This document shows, piece by piece, positions 26,201-35,793 of a DNA stretch of 64,000 nt (position 1 is its first letter; the number at the start of each line of letters is the position of its first letter). A model generated the notes under the pieces. That model did not search any database. It was not told the DNA's origin and saw nothing but the letters and a program-made list of their open reading frames with translations. Source of the stretch: an uncultured Chloroflexia bacterium (GTDB lineage: Bacteria > Chloroflexota > Anaerolineae > JAAYZQ01); NCBI GenBank assembly GCA_963700285.1, contig CAVOXA010000010.1, positions 608,001-672,000 on the forward strand. The letters are read 5' to 3'. Made by a program: the position numbers and the translations under genes.

Positions 26201-29200
26201 TTACTTCTTGGCTTTCACCTGGATGTTACCGGCCCCAATGTCCACGGGGCTGAGCAGCATCCCATGGTCATCGTAGCTATTGCCCAGCTCGTAGTAGGTA
26301 CCGCTGTTGTCCCAGATGCGGATGGCATACTGGTCCGGACCCGTCCCAGACGAGCCGGGCTCCTGGTTGTCAGTGACGTCCACCTGGAACTGGTAGTTGC
26401 CGCCGATGCTGTACAGCACACCGGTCAGGCGGTCGACGGCCTGGACCGTGGTCTTGCCGGTGATCGTAGCCTTGCAGCCGCTGGTGGTGGTTTTGTCGCA
26501 GTCGTAGATGTTTAGGCCTTGCATGGCGTTGCTCTTGATGATCCAGTCATACGCCCGCTCGCCGGCCGGCGCGTCCGGCACGATCGTGCTCAGGTCGGTG
26601 GTGACGCGGTAGACGAACAGGCTGTTGCCCTGGACCTTGCCTTTCTTCAGGAACTTGGCCGTGAAGCCAAAGTTGGCACGGGAGCCGCTATTGGGGTCGA
26701 TCAGCCAGCCGCCGCCGGCAGTCATCCCTGTCCCCGGGTCGTTGACCAGGACGATCATGGTCTCAAATTGGGCCGCATGGTAGGGATTGGTTACCAGGCT
26801 GATCTTCACCTGGTAGGGATCCGACGCAGGCAGGTCCACCGTGCAACTACCATACCCTTTGCCGCTAGCGATGTTGGTTATCTCTGCAGTGCACCCGGCC
26901 AGGGGCGTGGTGTAGGTCGTGTCGCCGAAGCCAAAGGCCTGGAACAGGACCTGCTGCCCGGCGAGCTGGTCGCCCAGCCAGCCGTCCTGCTCCTCCTCCA
27001 GGGTAGCGGCCAACGTCACCGTTGCCCTGGCTCCCTCCTTTGCCGTCGTGACCTGCGTGTCGCCGGTGTAGGTGATCTCGGCGCCTTCTTTGCTTACCGT
27101 GAACGTGCCCGCGACGTAGGTGATCTCATAGTTGGGGGCGACGCCGCCGGAACAGGTGATGGGGTAGGCACCGGCCGGGCTGAGGCGCTCACGGGTTGTC
27201 TGGCACGACGGCGCGGCGGTCAGGTACGGATTCGTCGGCCCCTCGCCCTCGATCCAACCACTGTACTGGAAGGCAAACGCGGGCGGGTTGGGTTCGGTGT
27301 AGTCCAGTTCCCAGTCGTCTGGCGTCACGGTCAGCGGTGCAGGCTCGATGGTCAGGGTACCGTTGGCCTTGGTCACGTTGTAGTTGGGGGTGGAGCCCAC
27401 GGCCACCACGATCGGATAGCTGCCCACGCCCGAATACTTGCCTGCCGTCGTGGACAAGTTGAAGCCGATGGCATCGCAACCCGACGCTTCGCCGATCACC
27501 GTCGCCGTCAGCTCCGGGTTGTCCTGGCCGTAGGTCTTGGTCTTGGCGTCCGCCGTGACCGAGGCAGCTTTCGTGTCGACCGTCAGCGTGGCGTTGGTCG
27601 TGGACACGTTGTAGTTGGGGTTGGCGCCCAACTCCACCACGATGGGATAGTCACTGGCGTTCGAGCACTTGACGGCTGTCGTGGACAGCGAGTAGTTGAC
27701 GCCCACTGAGCACACTGCGCCGGCCGCCGTTGCCGTCAGCACCGGGTTGTCGTCGCCGTAGGCCTTGCTCTTGTTCGCTGCGGTGACCGAGGCCGCCTTC
27801 TTGTTGACCGTCAGCGTGGCGTCGGTCGTGGACACGTTGTAGTTGGGGTTGGCGCCCAACTCCACCACGATGGGGTAGTCACCGGCGTTCGAGCACTTGA
27901 CGGCTGTCGTGGACAGCGAGTAGTCGATGCCCACAGAGCACACTGCGCCGGTAGCTGTGGCCGTCAGCGCCGGGTTGTCGTCGCCGTAGGTCTTGCTCTT
28001 GTTCGCCGCCGTGACCGAGGCCGCTTTCTTGTTGATCGCCAGCGTGCCGTTGGTCGTGGTCACGTTGTAGTTGGGGTTAGCGCCCAGTGTCACCGCAATC
28101 GGGTAGTCGCCAACGTCTGAGCATTCGACTGAAGTCGTGGACAGCGAGTAGTCGATGCCCACAGAGCACACTGCGCCGGTAGCTGTGGCCGTCAGCGCCG
28201 GGTTGTCGTCGCCGTAGGTCTTGCTCTTGTTCGCCGCCGTGACCGAGGCCGCTTTCTTGTTGATCGCCAGCGTGCCGTTGGTCGCGGTCACGTTGTAGTT
28301 GGGACTCGAGCCCAGCGTCACCAAGATCGGGTAGTCACCGACAGCCGAGCACTTGGTCGCCTCTGTCGACAGCGAGTAGCTGATGCTTGTAGAACACACC
28401 GCGCCAGCCGCCGTCGCCGTCAGCACCGGGTTGTCGTCGCCGTAGGCCTTGCTCTTGTTCGCCGCGGTGACCGAGGCCGCCTTCTTGTTGATCGCCAGCG
28501 TGGCGTCGGTCGTGGACACATTGTAGTTTGGGTTAGCGCCCAGTGTCACCGCAATCGGGTAGTCGCCAACGTCTGAGCATTTGACTGCCGTCGTGGACAG
28601 CGAGTAGTCGATGCCCACAGAGCACACTGCGCCGGTTGCCGTGGCCGTCAGCACCGGGTTGTCGTCGCCGTAGGCCTTGCTCTTGTTCGCCGCGGTGACC
28701 GAGGCCGCCTTCTTGTTGATAGTCAGGGTGCCGTTCGTCGTGGACACGTTGTAGTTGGGATTCGAGCCCAGCGTCACCACGATGGGGTACGAGCCGGCGT
28801 TCGAGCACTGGTTCGCTGCTGTCGACAGCGAGTAGTTGATGATGTCTCCACCCGCCGCCTGGCCGACCACCGTGGCCTTCAGGGCCGGGTTGTCCTGACC
28901 GAAGGTCTTGTAGGTGTCCACCGCCGTGACGGAGGCAGCTCTCTTATTGATGGTCAGTGTGCCGCTGGCGCTGCCCTGGTAGTTGGCCTCGTTGATCGTG
29001 GCCACCACAGCGTAGCTGCCAGCGTTGACCGGCGGCGCTGCCGAGCCGTTGTAGGTCACTTCTACTTTCAGGCCGGCCGGGTCGGTGGTAACCGTGACCG
29101 CTTTGGGCTGGCCGTCATAGGTCTGCGTGAGGTTGCCGAGTGTCACCGTGGCTGGCTGCAGACAGGCATTGACGATGGGGTTGCCGGTGAAGGTACCGCC

Positions 29201-30412
29201 CCCTGTGTAGCTGGCGCCGCAGTAGGCGTTGATCACACCGCTGTTGTCGACGGTGCCTGTATTGTTCAGCACCGCAGAGTTCTCGATGACACCGCCCGCG
29301 GTGTTGTGCAGCAGGCAGCTCGAACCGATCCCGAAGTAGTTTCGGTTGGTGATGGTACCGCTGTTGGTGAAGGTGCTGCCCTCATACAACTGGATCTGAT
29401 CATTGTTGATCACAACCCCGCTGTTGATGAAGGTCCCGGAACTCGAATCTGAGTAGAGGCTACTGTCATTGATGAGGGTCCCCGCGTTGATCAGCGTGCC
29501 CCAATTATCCATGGACGTGTTACTTCCGATGTGGAGCGTGGTGCCCACGGGGATCGTGAGCGTACTGTCTCTGCGGATCATAGCCCAGTCGACCAATATC
29601 GTGCACGTGCTCGACGCCGCGTCCCAGGCGCCGTTCAAGACCGTCCCACACGTGGCTCCATTCAGCTCATCGGGGGCGCACGCCACCACCTCAATGGCGT
29701 TGCCGGTGAAGGTACCGGTGCCCACATAGCTGGCGCCGCAGTGGGCGTTGATCACACCGCTGTTGTTGACAATCCCGCCGTTGTTCAGCACGGCGTAGTT
29801 CTCGACGACGCCGTCCGCGGTGTTGTTCAGCGTGCCGTTGGTAACGAACTGGAGCTCGCTCAGGTTACTGATCGTCCCCTCGTTCTTGATCGTTCCTGTG
29901 GTGTACAGCAAGGCATAGTTCTCGATGACGCCGCCCGCGGTGTTGTGCAGCAGGCAGCTCGAACCGATCCCGAAGTAGTTTCGGTTGGTGATTGTACCGC
30001 TGTTGGTGAAGGTGCTGCCCTCATACAACTGGATCTGATCATTGTTGATCACAACCCCGCTGTTGATGAAGGTCCCGGAGCTTGAATCTGAGTAGAGGCT
30101 ACTGTCATTGATGATGGTCCCCGCGTTGATCAGCGTGCCCCAATTATCCATGGACGTGTTACTTCCGATGTGGAGCGTGGTGCCCACGGGGATCGTGAGC
30201 GTCCTGTCCCTGCCGATCATGGCCCAGTCGACCGATATCGTACACGTGCTCGACGCCGCGTCCCAGGTGCCGTTCAAGACCGTCCCACACGTACTCGCAT
30301 CCAGGAGGTACTCGTCCGCCGATACCGGCGCAGCCAACGGGCCACCCAGGAGGGCCAACGCCAGTCCCAAGAACAACAGACCAACCCATATGCAGTGTCG
30401 TTGGTGCCTCAT
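26201..30412 (-). CDS. Giant surface protein: two beta-helix modules, MBG-like repeats, conserved C-terminal domain
   Basis: 1403 aa with signal peptide, duplicated ~200-aa head, ~8 ASVTAANKSKxYGDDNP...NYNVSTTNGTLTI repeats, and a C-terminus ending IQVKAKK like 19215-24210. Confidence 0.9.
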   Translation of the reverse strand: MRHQRHCIWVGLLFLGLALALLGGPLAAPVSADEYLLDASTCGTVLNGTWDAASSTCTISVDWAMIGRDRTLTIPVGTTLHIGSNTSMDNWGTLINAGTIINDSSLYSDSSSGTFINSGVVINNDQIQLYEGSTFTNSGTITNRNYFGIGSSCLLHNTAGGVIENYALLYTTGTIKNEGTISNLSELQFVTNGTLNNTADGVVENYAVLNNGGIVNNSGVINAHCGASYVGTGTFTGNAIEVVACAPDELNGATCGTVLNGAWDAASSTCTILVDWAMIRRDSTLTIPVGTTLHIGSNTSMDNWGTLINAGTLINDSSLYSDSSSGTFINSGVVINNDQIQLYEGSTFTNSGTITNRNYFGIGSSCLLHNTAGGVIENSAVLNNTGTVDNSGVINAYCGASYTGGGTFTGNPIVNACLQPATVTLGNLTQTYDGQPKAVTVTTDPAGLKVEVTYNGSAAPPVNAGSYAVVATINEANYQGSASGTLTINKRAASVTAVDTYKTFGQDNPALKATVVGQAAGGDIINYSLSTAANQCSNAGSYPIVVTLGSNPNYNVSTTNGTLTINKKAASVTAANKSKAYGDDNPVLTATATGAVCSVGIDYSLSTTAVKCSDVGDYPIAVTLGANPNYNVSTTDATLAINKKAASVTAANKSKAYGDDNPVLTATAAGAVCSTSISYSLSTEATKCSAVGDYPILVTLGSSPNYNVTATNGTLAINKKAASVTAANKSKTYGDDNPALTATATGAVCSVGIDYSLSTTSVECSDVGDYPIAVTLGANPNYNVTTTNGTLAINKKAASVTAANKSKTYGDDNPALTATATGAVCSVGIDYSLSTTAVKCSNAGDYPIVVELGANPNYNVSTTDATLTVNKKAASVTAANKSKAYGDDNPVLTATAAGAVCSVGVNYSLSTTAVKCSNASDYPIVVELGANPNYNVSTTNATLTVDTKAASVTADAKTKTYGQDNPELTATVIGEASGCDAIGFNLSTTAGKYSGVGSYPIVVAVGSTPNYNVTKANGTLTIEPAPLTVTPDDWELDYTEPNPPAFAFQYSGWIEGEGPTNPYLTAAPSCQTTRERLSPAGAYPITCSGGVAPNYEITYVAGTFTVSKEGAEITYTGDTQVTTAKEGARATVTLAATLEEEQDGWLGDQLAGQQVLFQAFGFGDTTYTTPLAGCTAEITNIASGKGYGSCTVDLPASDPYQVKISLVTNPYHAAQFETMIVLVNDPGTGMTAGGGWLIDPNSGSRANFGFTAKFLKKGKVQGNSLFVYRVTTDLSTIVPDAPAGERAYDWIIKSNAMQGLNIYDCDKTTTSGCKATITGKTTVQAVDRLTGVLYSIGGNYQFQVDVTDNQEPGSSGTGPDQYAIRIWDNSGTYYELGNSYDDHGMLLSPVDIGAGNIQVKAKK

Positions 30413-30455
30413 CTTCTTCTCCCCTTTCCTGGCAGGAAGCGCGGCCTTCTTTTCC

Positions 30456-30842
30456 CTACTTTGCGCGGCGCAATGCCTGCCGCCTTCTGCCCATCGTTCC
30501 TTTTCCCCGTGGCTCCCTCTGTCCGGTAGCGACCTGCCGCATCTGTTTGAGTGCCAGCGACTGAGCCTCCCGCCCCGAAAGCACCACCGCCTGGTTCTGC
30601 CCGCTGTCCAGGCCGATCATTGTCGGGTGCGGGTTTTCCAGCAGCAAGGGCAGGACGTGGCTTTCGCAGCTGCCCTTCAGATCGAAGATCAGAACATCAG
30701 GCATGTGCTCGGCCAGCATCCGGCCGGCATCAGCCTAAGTCCTGGCCCGTGCCACCTGCAGACCCGGCACCTCGGCCCGTGCTGCGGCCACACCCGACAG
30801 CAATCGCGATTGCCCGTACAACAAGACCCTTCGCGCGTTCAT
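30456..30842 (-). pseudogene. Small receiver-like protein, cassette copy 3 (nonsense codon)
   Basis: MNARRVLLYGQSRLLSG...ARART*ADAG: TAG at 30735-30737 where the other two copies have Trp. Confidence 0.75.
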
Positions 30843-30970
30843 AGTTGCAGTATAGCAGCTGGCGGCGGGTTTGTAACCTCCCTGCGGGGACAGAAAAAGG
30901 ATAGTCTCGCTATCCGGGAGACTATCCCTGGGGATAGGGAGGGATAGGGTCGACTATTCCTGGGGATAGG
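30843..30970 (-). promoter_or_regulatory. Extended -10 promoter plus operator array, copy 3
   Basis: TGCTATACT 6 nt before ATG; ctccctgcggggacag (30878-30893), ctatccctggggatag (30922-30937), ctattcctggggatag (30954-30969). Confidence 0.7.
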
Positions 30971-31068
30971 GGCAGAGGGGGTGACGGGGGAGACAGGGGG
31001 ACACGGAGACGAAAAGACGCGGAGAAGGTCTCTCACTCCCCGCGTCTTCTTAGCCGGGCGTCATCCCA

Positions 31069-31731
31069 TCACCGCGTCAATCCGCTGCGGCGGGCGTAGG
31101 CGACTACTTGCTCGCGGTTTTTGAGGTGCAGGCGCTGCAGGACCTCGCCCATGTGATACTTGATCGTGTGCTCGCTCAGGTTCAGCGCCGTCCCGATTTC
31201 TTTGTAGGTCAATCCATCGGCCACGAGGACGAGGATCTCGCGCTGGCGAGGGGTGAGCTCGGGGGCCGGTGGTCCGCCGCGCAGGCCGGCGGCCGCATGC
31301 TCATCGAGCGCGGCTGCCTGCTGGGCAAACTCGCGCAGCAGGCGGGCGGAAAGCTCGCGGGACAGCGGCGCCTCTCCCCGGGCGAGCCCGGAGAGATAGT
31401 CGAACAACTCGTTGGGCTCCAGGTTCTTCAGGAGATAGCCGCTGGCCCCGCTCTTGATCGCTTCGAACAGGTCGGCGTCCTCCGCCGAAGTGGTCAGCAT
31501 CACGATCTTGCACTCGGGCATCTCGGCCTGGATCAGTCGCGTGGCGGCCAGCCCGTCGCAATTCGGCATGCGGACGTCCATCAGGATCACGTCCGGGTGC
31601 AGGGCTCTGGCCAACTGGAGGCCCTCCAGGCCATCGTGGGCGGCGCCGACCACCTGGTACCCGCCGGCACGGAGCAGGTTCTGCAAGCCCTCCAGGAAGA
31701 GGCTGTGGTCATCTACCAGCAGGATCTTTAT
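31069..31731 (-). CDS. NarL/LuxR-family DNA-binding response regulator
   Basis: KILLVDDH...DVILMDVRMP...GASGYLLK...LTPRQREIL...LSEHTIKYH. The apparent start codon is ATA, overlapping the kinase stop. Confidence 0.9.
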   Translation of the reverse strand: MKILLVDDHSLFLEGLQNLLRAGGYQVVGAAHDGLEGLQLARALHPDVILMDVRMPNCDGLAATRLIQAEMPECKIVMLTTSAEDADLFEAIKSGASGYLLKNLEPNELFDYLSGLARGEAPLSRELSARLLREFAQQAAALDEHAAAGLRGGPPAPELTPRQREILVLVADGLTYKEIGTALNLSEHTIKYHMGEVLQRLHLKNREQVVAYARRSGLTR

Positions 31732-33437
31732 GATGTCCCTCCCATGTTCCCGTCCAGCCGCACGCGCACCTCCACCAGGGTGCCCTGGCCGGGTGACGAA
31801 TGCACGGTTAGTTGCCCGCCGATGCGCTGGGCGCGCTGGCGCATGACCTGTAGCCCAAAATGCTGGCCGCCCGGGCCTGCCAAGGCCGGGTCAAAGCCGG
31901 CGCCGTTGTCCACGATCGCCATTTGCAACTGGCCGTCACCGGCCCCCATCCGCACACCGACCTGGCTGGGCGATCCGGCGTGCTTGCGCACGTTGGCCAG
32001 CGCCTCCTGGAGGATACGCAGCAACTGCACCCCGGTGGCCGGGGGCAGGGCCTCGGATCTGCAAACGGCATCCAGATCATCGGCAAGCTCCAGGCTGACG
32101 GGCAGGCCGGTCTGCTCCTCGAAATGGGCTACAGCCCGGCGCAGCACGCCGCACAGGCCCTCGGAGGGCAGGCTGACGATGAGCAGGTTGTCGATGAGCG
32201 CGCGCGTGTCCCCCTGCATCTCCAGGGCAACTCTTGCCAGGCGATCCAGGCTGTCCCGGGCCGCTTCGCCCTGTCCCGACTGGAGATAGAGACCGGCGGC
32301 CTGGGCTTGCAGGTTGAGGAAGCCCAGGTTCTGAGCAAGCCCGTCGTGCAGCTCCTGGGCCAGCAACTCGCGCTCCTGCAGGGTGGCCTGGACCCACTGC
32401 TGTTCCAGGAGCTTGGCCTGCGCCCGGCGTTGTTCGGTCACGTCGCGCATCAGGAGCAGGTGGCCGGTGGTCAGCCCGCGGTGGTCCTGGAGCCGGGAGA
32501 GGGCCAGCGCGTAGCGCCGGGCCTCAGCGCCCGGCCCCAGGCTGATCTCGACAGGACCGGCCGCTGGCTCGAGACACCGGCCGGGATCGGGGCAGGCAGG
32601 CAAGAGTTCGGACCATGCCTTGCCCCGGGCGCGCGTGGACGATATGCCCAGGATGCGTTCCGTGGCCGCGTTCAGGCTGAGGGCCTGCCAGCGCGTGTCA
32701 AACACGACCATCCCATCCTGCATCTGTTCGATGGCGGTACGGCGCGCAGCCGGCAGGGGGTCAAGGATGTGGAAGCCAAAGAGGGCGACGGCATAGGCCC
32801 CGGTGGTAAGCCCTATGCTGAGGATGACAGGATCGGGCTGGATTGAACCATGTCCGGCAGCGAGATCCACCGCGTAGAGTGCCCGGCTGACAAGCTGGCC
32901 GCCCACCATCAGGGTTACCGGCCAGCGGTGCTGGGGGGAACGGATGAACAGCCAGGCAAAGGCGGTGAGGTTGACCATGACCAGGGCTATGCCGTAGGCG
33001 TTCGTGATCCAGTTCAGCGCGCCACGCGTTGGCTGCACGGAACCGCCAACCGAGAACGCGGGCCAGTACCAGTGGGTGAGATCGTTGGTGAGCACCAGCA
33101 GCAGAACCAGGAACGGAGGAATGGAGAGCAGGATCAAGGTACGGCGGGTCAACCAGCGGCCGGGACTGACATACTCCAGGGCGAAGCACGTGGTGGCAGT
33201 GACGGTGGGCATCTTCCATACCGCCTGGAACTTGAACCAGGCAATCTTGGCTGAAGGATCGGTAGCCAATAGCTCACCGACCGCGCCAACCACCCATAGC
33301 GCCTGAAAGAGGCAGGCGGCGATGAGAGGGCGCGCGCCAGGCACGTCGCCTCGCCGCCAGCTAAACCAGGCCAGGGCGGCCAGCAAACCCAACGTGACAA
33401 GATATGGCCAGATGGTAGCCAAAGAGCTTGGGTTCAT
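31728..33437 (-). CDS. Sensor histidine kinase (N-terminal 7TM, PAS, HisKA_3, HATPase)
   Basis: Seven hydrophobic segments, ERELLAQELHDGLAQ, QEALANVRKHA, DNGAGFD, HFGLQVMRQRA. Confidence 0.93.
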   Translation of the reverse strand: MNPSSLATIWPYLVTLGLLAALAWFSWRRGDVPGARPLIAACLFQALWVVGAVGELLATDPSAKIAWFKFQAVWKMPTVTATTCFALEYVSPGRWLTRRTLILLSIPPFLVLLLVLTNDLTHWYWPAFSVGGSVQPTRGALNWITNAYGIALVMVNLTAFAWLFIRSPQHRWPVTLMVGGQLVSRALYAVDLAAGHGSIQPDPVILSIGLTTGAYAVALFGFHILDPLPAARRTAIEQMQDGMVVFDTRWQALSLNAATERILGISSTRARGKAWSELLPACPDPGRCLEPAAGPVEISLGPGAEARRYALALSRLQDHRGLTTGHLLLMRDVTEQRRAQAKLLEQQWVQATLQERELLAQELHDGLAQNLGFLNLQAQAAGLYLQSGQGEAARDSLDRLARVALEMQGDTRALIDNLLIVSLPSEGLCGVLRRAVAHFEEQTGLPVSLELADDLDAVCRSEALPPATGVQLLRILQEALANVRKHAGSPSQVGVRMGAGDGQLQMAIVDNGAGFDPALAGPGGQHFGLQVMRQRAQRIGGQLTVHSSPGQGTLVEVRVRLDGNMGGTS

Positions 33438-33461
33438 TCTCAGATCCTTCAGCCAGGATTA

Positions 33462-33490
33462 ACTATACCTCACTGCGAGACCAGTGTCAA
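33462..33490 (-). promoter_or_regulatory. Sigma-70 promoter of the kinase
   Basis: TTGACA-17-TATAGT. Confidence 0.65.
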
Positions 33491-33534
33491 ACCATTCGGC
33501 GGTGCCGCGACCAGAAACGGCTCTCGGGCACATA

Positions 33535-34160
33535 TCAGTGCATACGCGCACAGTCCTCCTCGATCAGGCTCTCGTCCAGGTTCCTGAACCGCCTCGCCGG
33601 CGGACGCGATGCCTGGCGCGCTGATAGCTCGCTCGGTGCCCCGACGCCCCGGCCACGCTGCGGCCGCAAGCCAGCGCCCGGAGGGCTCCGTTCCCCGCCG
33701 AGGTGGGCCTCCTCCTGGCACTCGACCACCAGGCCTGCCCAGAGGGAACCGAGGGGGCCGCGCGGAACTTGCAGGCGACGAAGAGGTCGCGGGCAGTCTG
33801 GAATCGCGCTTCCACCCTCTCCAGGAGCGCCCGATCCTCGGCGTCCAGGCTCTTCACTGAGAAAGGCGAAGGGGTGCCCGAGCCGGGCACCTTGCCAGCC
33901 AAGCGTTTGTAGGCGAAGCTCACCATGCGGTTCGCCAGGTTGCCCCAGGCTTCGGCGCGAGCTCAGCCGAGCGTTTGCCAGCAGCTCGTTGTTGTTCCGC
34001 TCCACGAAATCCTCCCAGGATGACCCTTCGGCGCCCTCAGAGGGGCTTTGGTGTCGCGCGTCTCGGGTGCGGTGGCGGCCAGGCAGAAGCGCAGTGGCTC
34101 GGGATCATACTTGCCCAGAAAGTAGGGCACATCCACGGCAGCCCCCTAGCTCCTGCTGAG
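33535..34160 (-). pseudogene. Decayed copy of the metG 3' region
   Basis: Segments [47 protein letters not shown] and LDESLIEED match metG at 42681-43420, with indels. Confidence 0.8.
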
Positions 34161-34271
34161 CTTGCCATCTTTGAAGTTGAGGGATTCTCAGACACAGGGT
34201 GCAAGATCCCTTCGCTCTGACAGCGCGGGCAACAAGCGCAGAGGTTTGAGTAAAGGACCTCTTTCTCAGCT

Positions 34272-34604
34272 TCATAACCCAAAGGTAGGGGCATCAGAGC
34301 CCAGAGCGAAAGCAATCGCCTGATTCACCTCTTCCATTCTTTCGGACGAGAGGGAGGCGATCAGAGAACCCAACTTATGCTTTGGAACCGTCTGGATGTT
34401 GTCCATATTTGCTGCGCAGTCAGTGAGCAGTCCATCTTCTGGAGACAGGAAAACTTCAGACGGAATGTCACGGATGGTTGTCGTGATAGGGGCAACAGTG
34501 AGGGCATTCAGAAAACCGATGGCCGAGTTTCGAGTCAGAATGAGCACCGGGCGGCGCTTGTCCGGTGCTTGGAAGGTATACCAGCGAACCTCGCCGCGTC
34601 TCAT
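34272..34604 (-). CDS. mazF: PemK/MazF-family toxin
   Basis: MRRGEVRWY...KRRPVLIL...VAPITT...DNIQTV. Confidence 0.9.
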   Translation of the reverse strand: MRRGEVRWYTFQAPDKRRPVLILTRNSAIGFLNALTVAPITTTIRDIPSEVFLSPEDGLLTDCAANMDNIQTVPKHKLGSLIASLSSERMEEVNQAIAFALGSDAPTFGL

Positions 34605-34837
34605 GACGCACCCCAGGCCTGCTCAGCTTCCCACACGTCAAACTCGCCAGGCTCGACAGGATGGCGGGCATAGCCCTCGGCGTGTTTCTTCTCCATTTCG
34701 GCGATAGCGTGCCGCTGCAAGGCGAGCTCCAAAGCCTCGCGAATGAAGGCAGAGCGGGTCGTGTTCAAGGTCTGGATCATTTGATCCACCTCGGCCAGCA
34801 GAGGTTCATCAATCGTCATCTGGATAGTCTTCATCAT
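34601..34837 (-). CDS. Ribbon-helix-helix antitoxin
   Basis: MKTIQMTIDEPLLAEVD...TTRSAFIREAL; ATGA overlap with the toxin gene. Confidence 0.85.
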   Translation of the reverse strand: MMKTIQMTIDEPLLAEVDQMIQTLNTTRSAFIREALELALQRHAIAEMEKKHAEGYARHPVEPGEFDVWEAEQAWGAS

Positions 34838-34847
34838 ACTATCCCTC

Positions 34848-34900
34848 ATCCCAATGTTGATTCTAATACATATTATACTCAACATTGAGTCGCGAGTCAA
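34848..34900 (-). promoter_or_regulatory. Toxin-antitoxin promoter with palindromic operators
   Basis: TTGACT-17-TATAAT (34900-34872); palindrome ACTCAACATTGAGT (34877-34890) and a related site at 34848-34862. Confidence 0.7.
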
Positions 34901-35008
34901 ATGAGTCTGTGGCCGGGTACAGACTGTCAAATCGCCTCTCAGCGGCAATGAGGACAAAGAGTCGGGACGCGTATCCCGGCTCCCGAATCCTGACTCGCGG
35001 CTTCCCGC

Positions 35009-35110
35009 CTAGCCCTCCAGCCGCGCGTACTCCTCTTCGATCACGCTCTCATCCAGTTTCTTGAACAGCGGCGCTGGCTGGCGCAACGCTTTCCCCGACG
35101 GCAGTGCGCT
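35009..35110 (-). repeat. Second copy of the last ~33 codons of metG
   Basis: [33 protein letters not shown] versus [33 protein letters not shown] at 42681-42782. Confidence 0.9.
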
Positions 35111-35282
35111 GTGCCCTCAGGCCCCGAGGGCAGTGTGCCCTACCCTCCAGGCTCTATCAAGCAAGGTTCTGCCAGCGATCGCCGCGCGGACATAGACCAC
35201 GCCGTGATCATCGTCATGTCGCGCTGTGGCCGGCTGCATTGGTGCCCGGATTACGTCATGTTGCCAACCCGCTGTGTAGGCG

Positions 35283-35745
35283 CTATGGTGCCACCGGACA
35301 CGTCTCCGCGTGCAAATACTTGAGGCACTCCTCCTGCGTCCACCAGCGCGTCAGCCGCGAAGAAGCCAATGAAACCAGGTCCTCAACCGGCAGGACGTAC
35401 AGGCGGATCTTCTCGCCAAAGTAGCTGCCAACAAAGGCGAGCCTCCCGTCGGGACTGAACCCGTTGAAGGTGGCGTACTCGTCTAGCCCCGAGAACCTGA
35501 ACAACAACTGTCCTGCGGTCGGGCTGCCGGGATCGACGTCCCAAAGGTAGAGCGAGCCATCGCCCTGGTTCACCGCCAGGCGGTTGCCGTCAGGGCTAAA
35601 GACGGGGCTTAGAGCCGATGAGGTGTGGCCGAGTGTGAACAACTCCTCGCCCGTCGAAAGATCCCAAACTTTGGCCGTCGTGTCCAGGCTGCCGGTCGCC
35701 AGGCGCCCACCATCCGGGCTGAAGGCGATGTCCATGACCACAGTG
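35283..35745 (-). pseudogene. C-terminal fragment of a WD40-repeat protein
   Basis: DIAFSPDGGRLATGSLDTTAKVWD, FSPDG repeats and the terminal RLTRWWTQEECLKYLH...CP; no plausible N-terminus. Confidence 0.75.
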
Positions 35746-35793
35746 GCGGATGTAGGACACAGAGAACAGCAGACTAGAAACAGGAGGTGGGAA

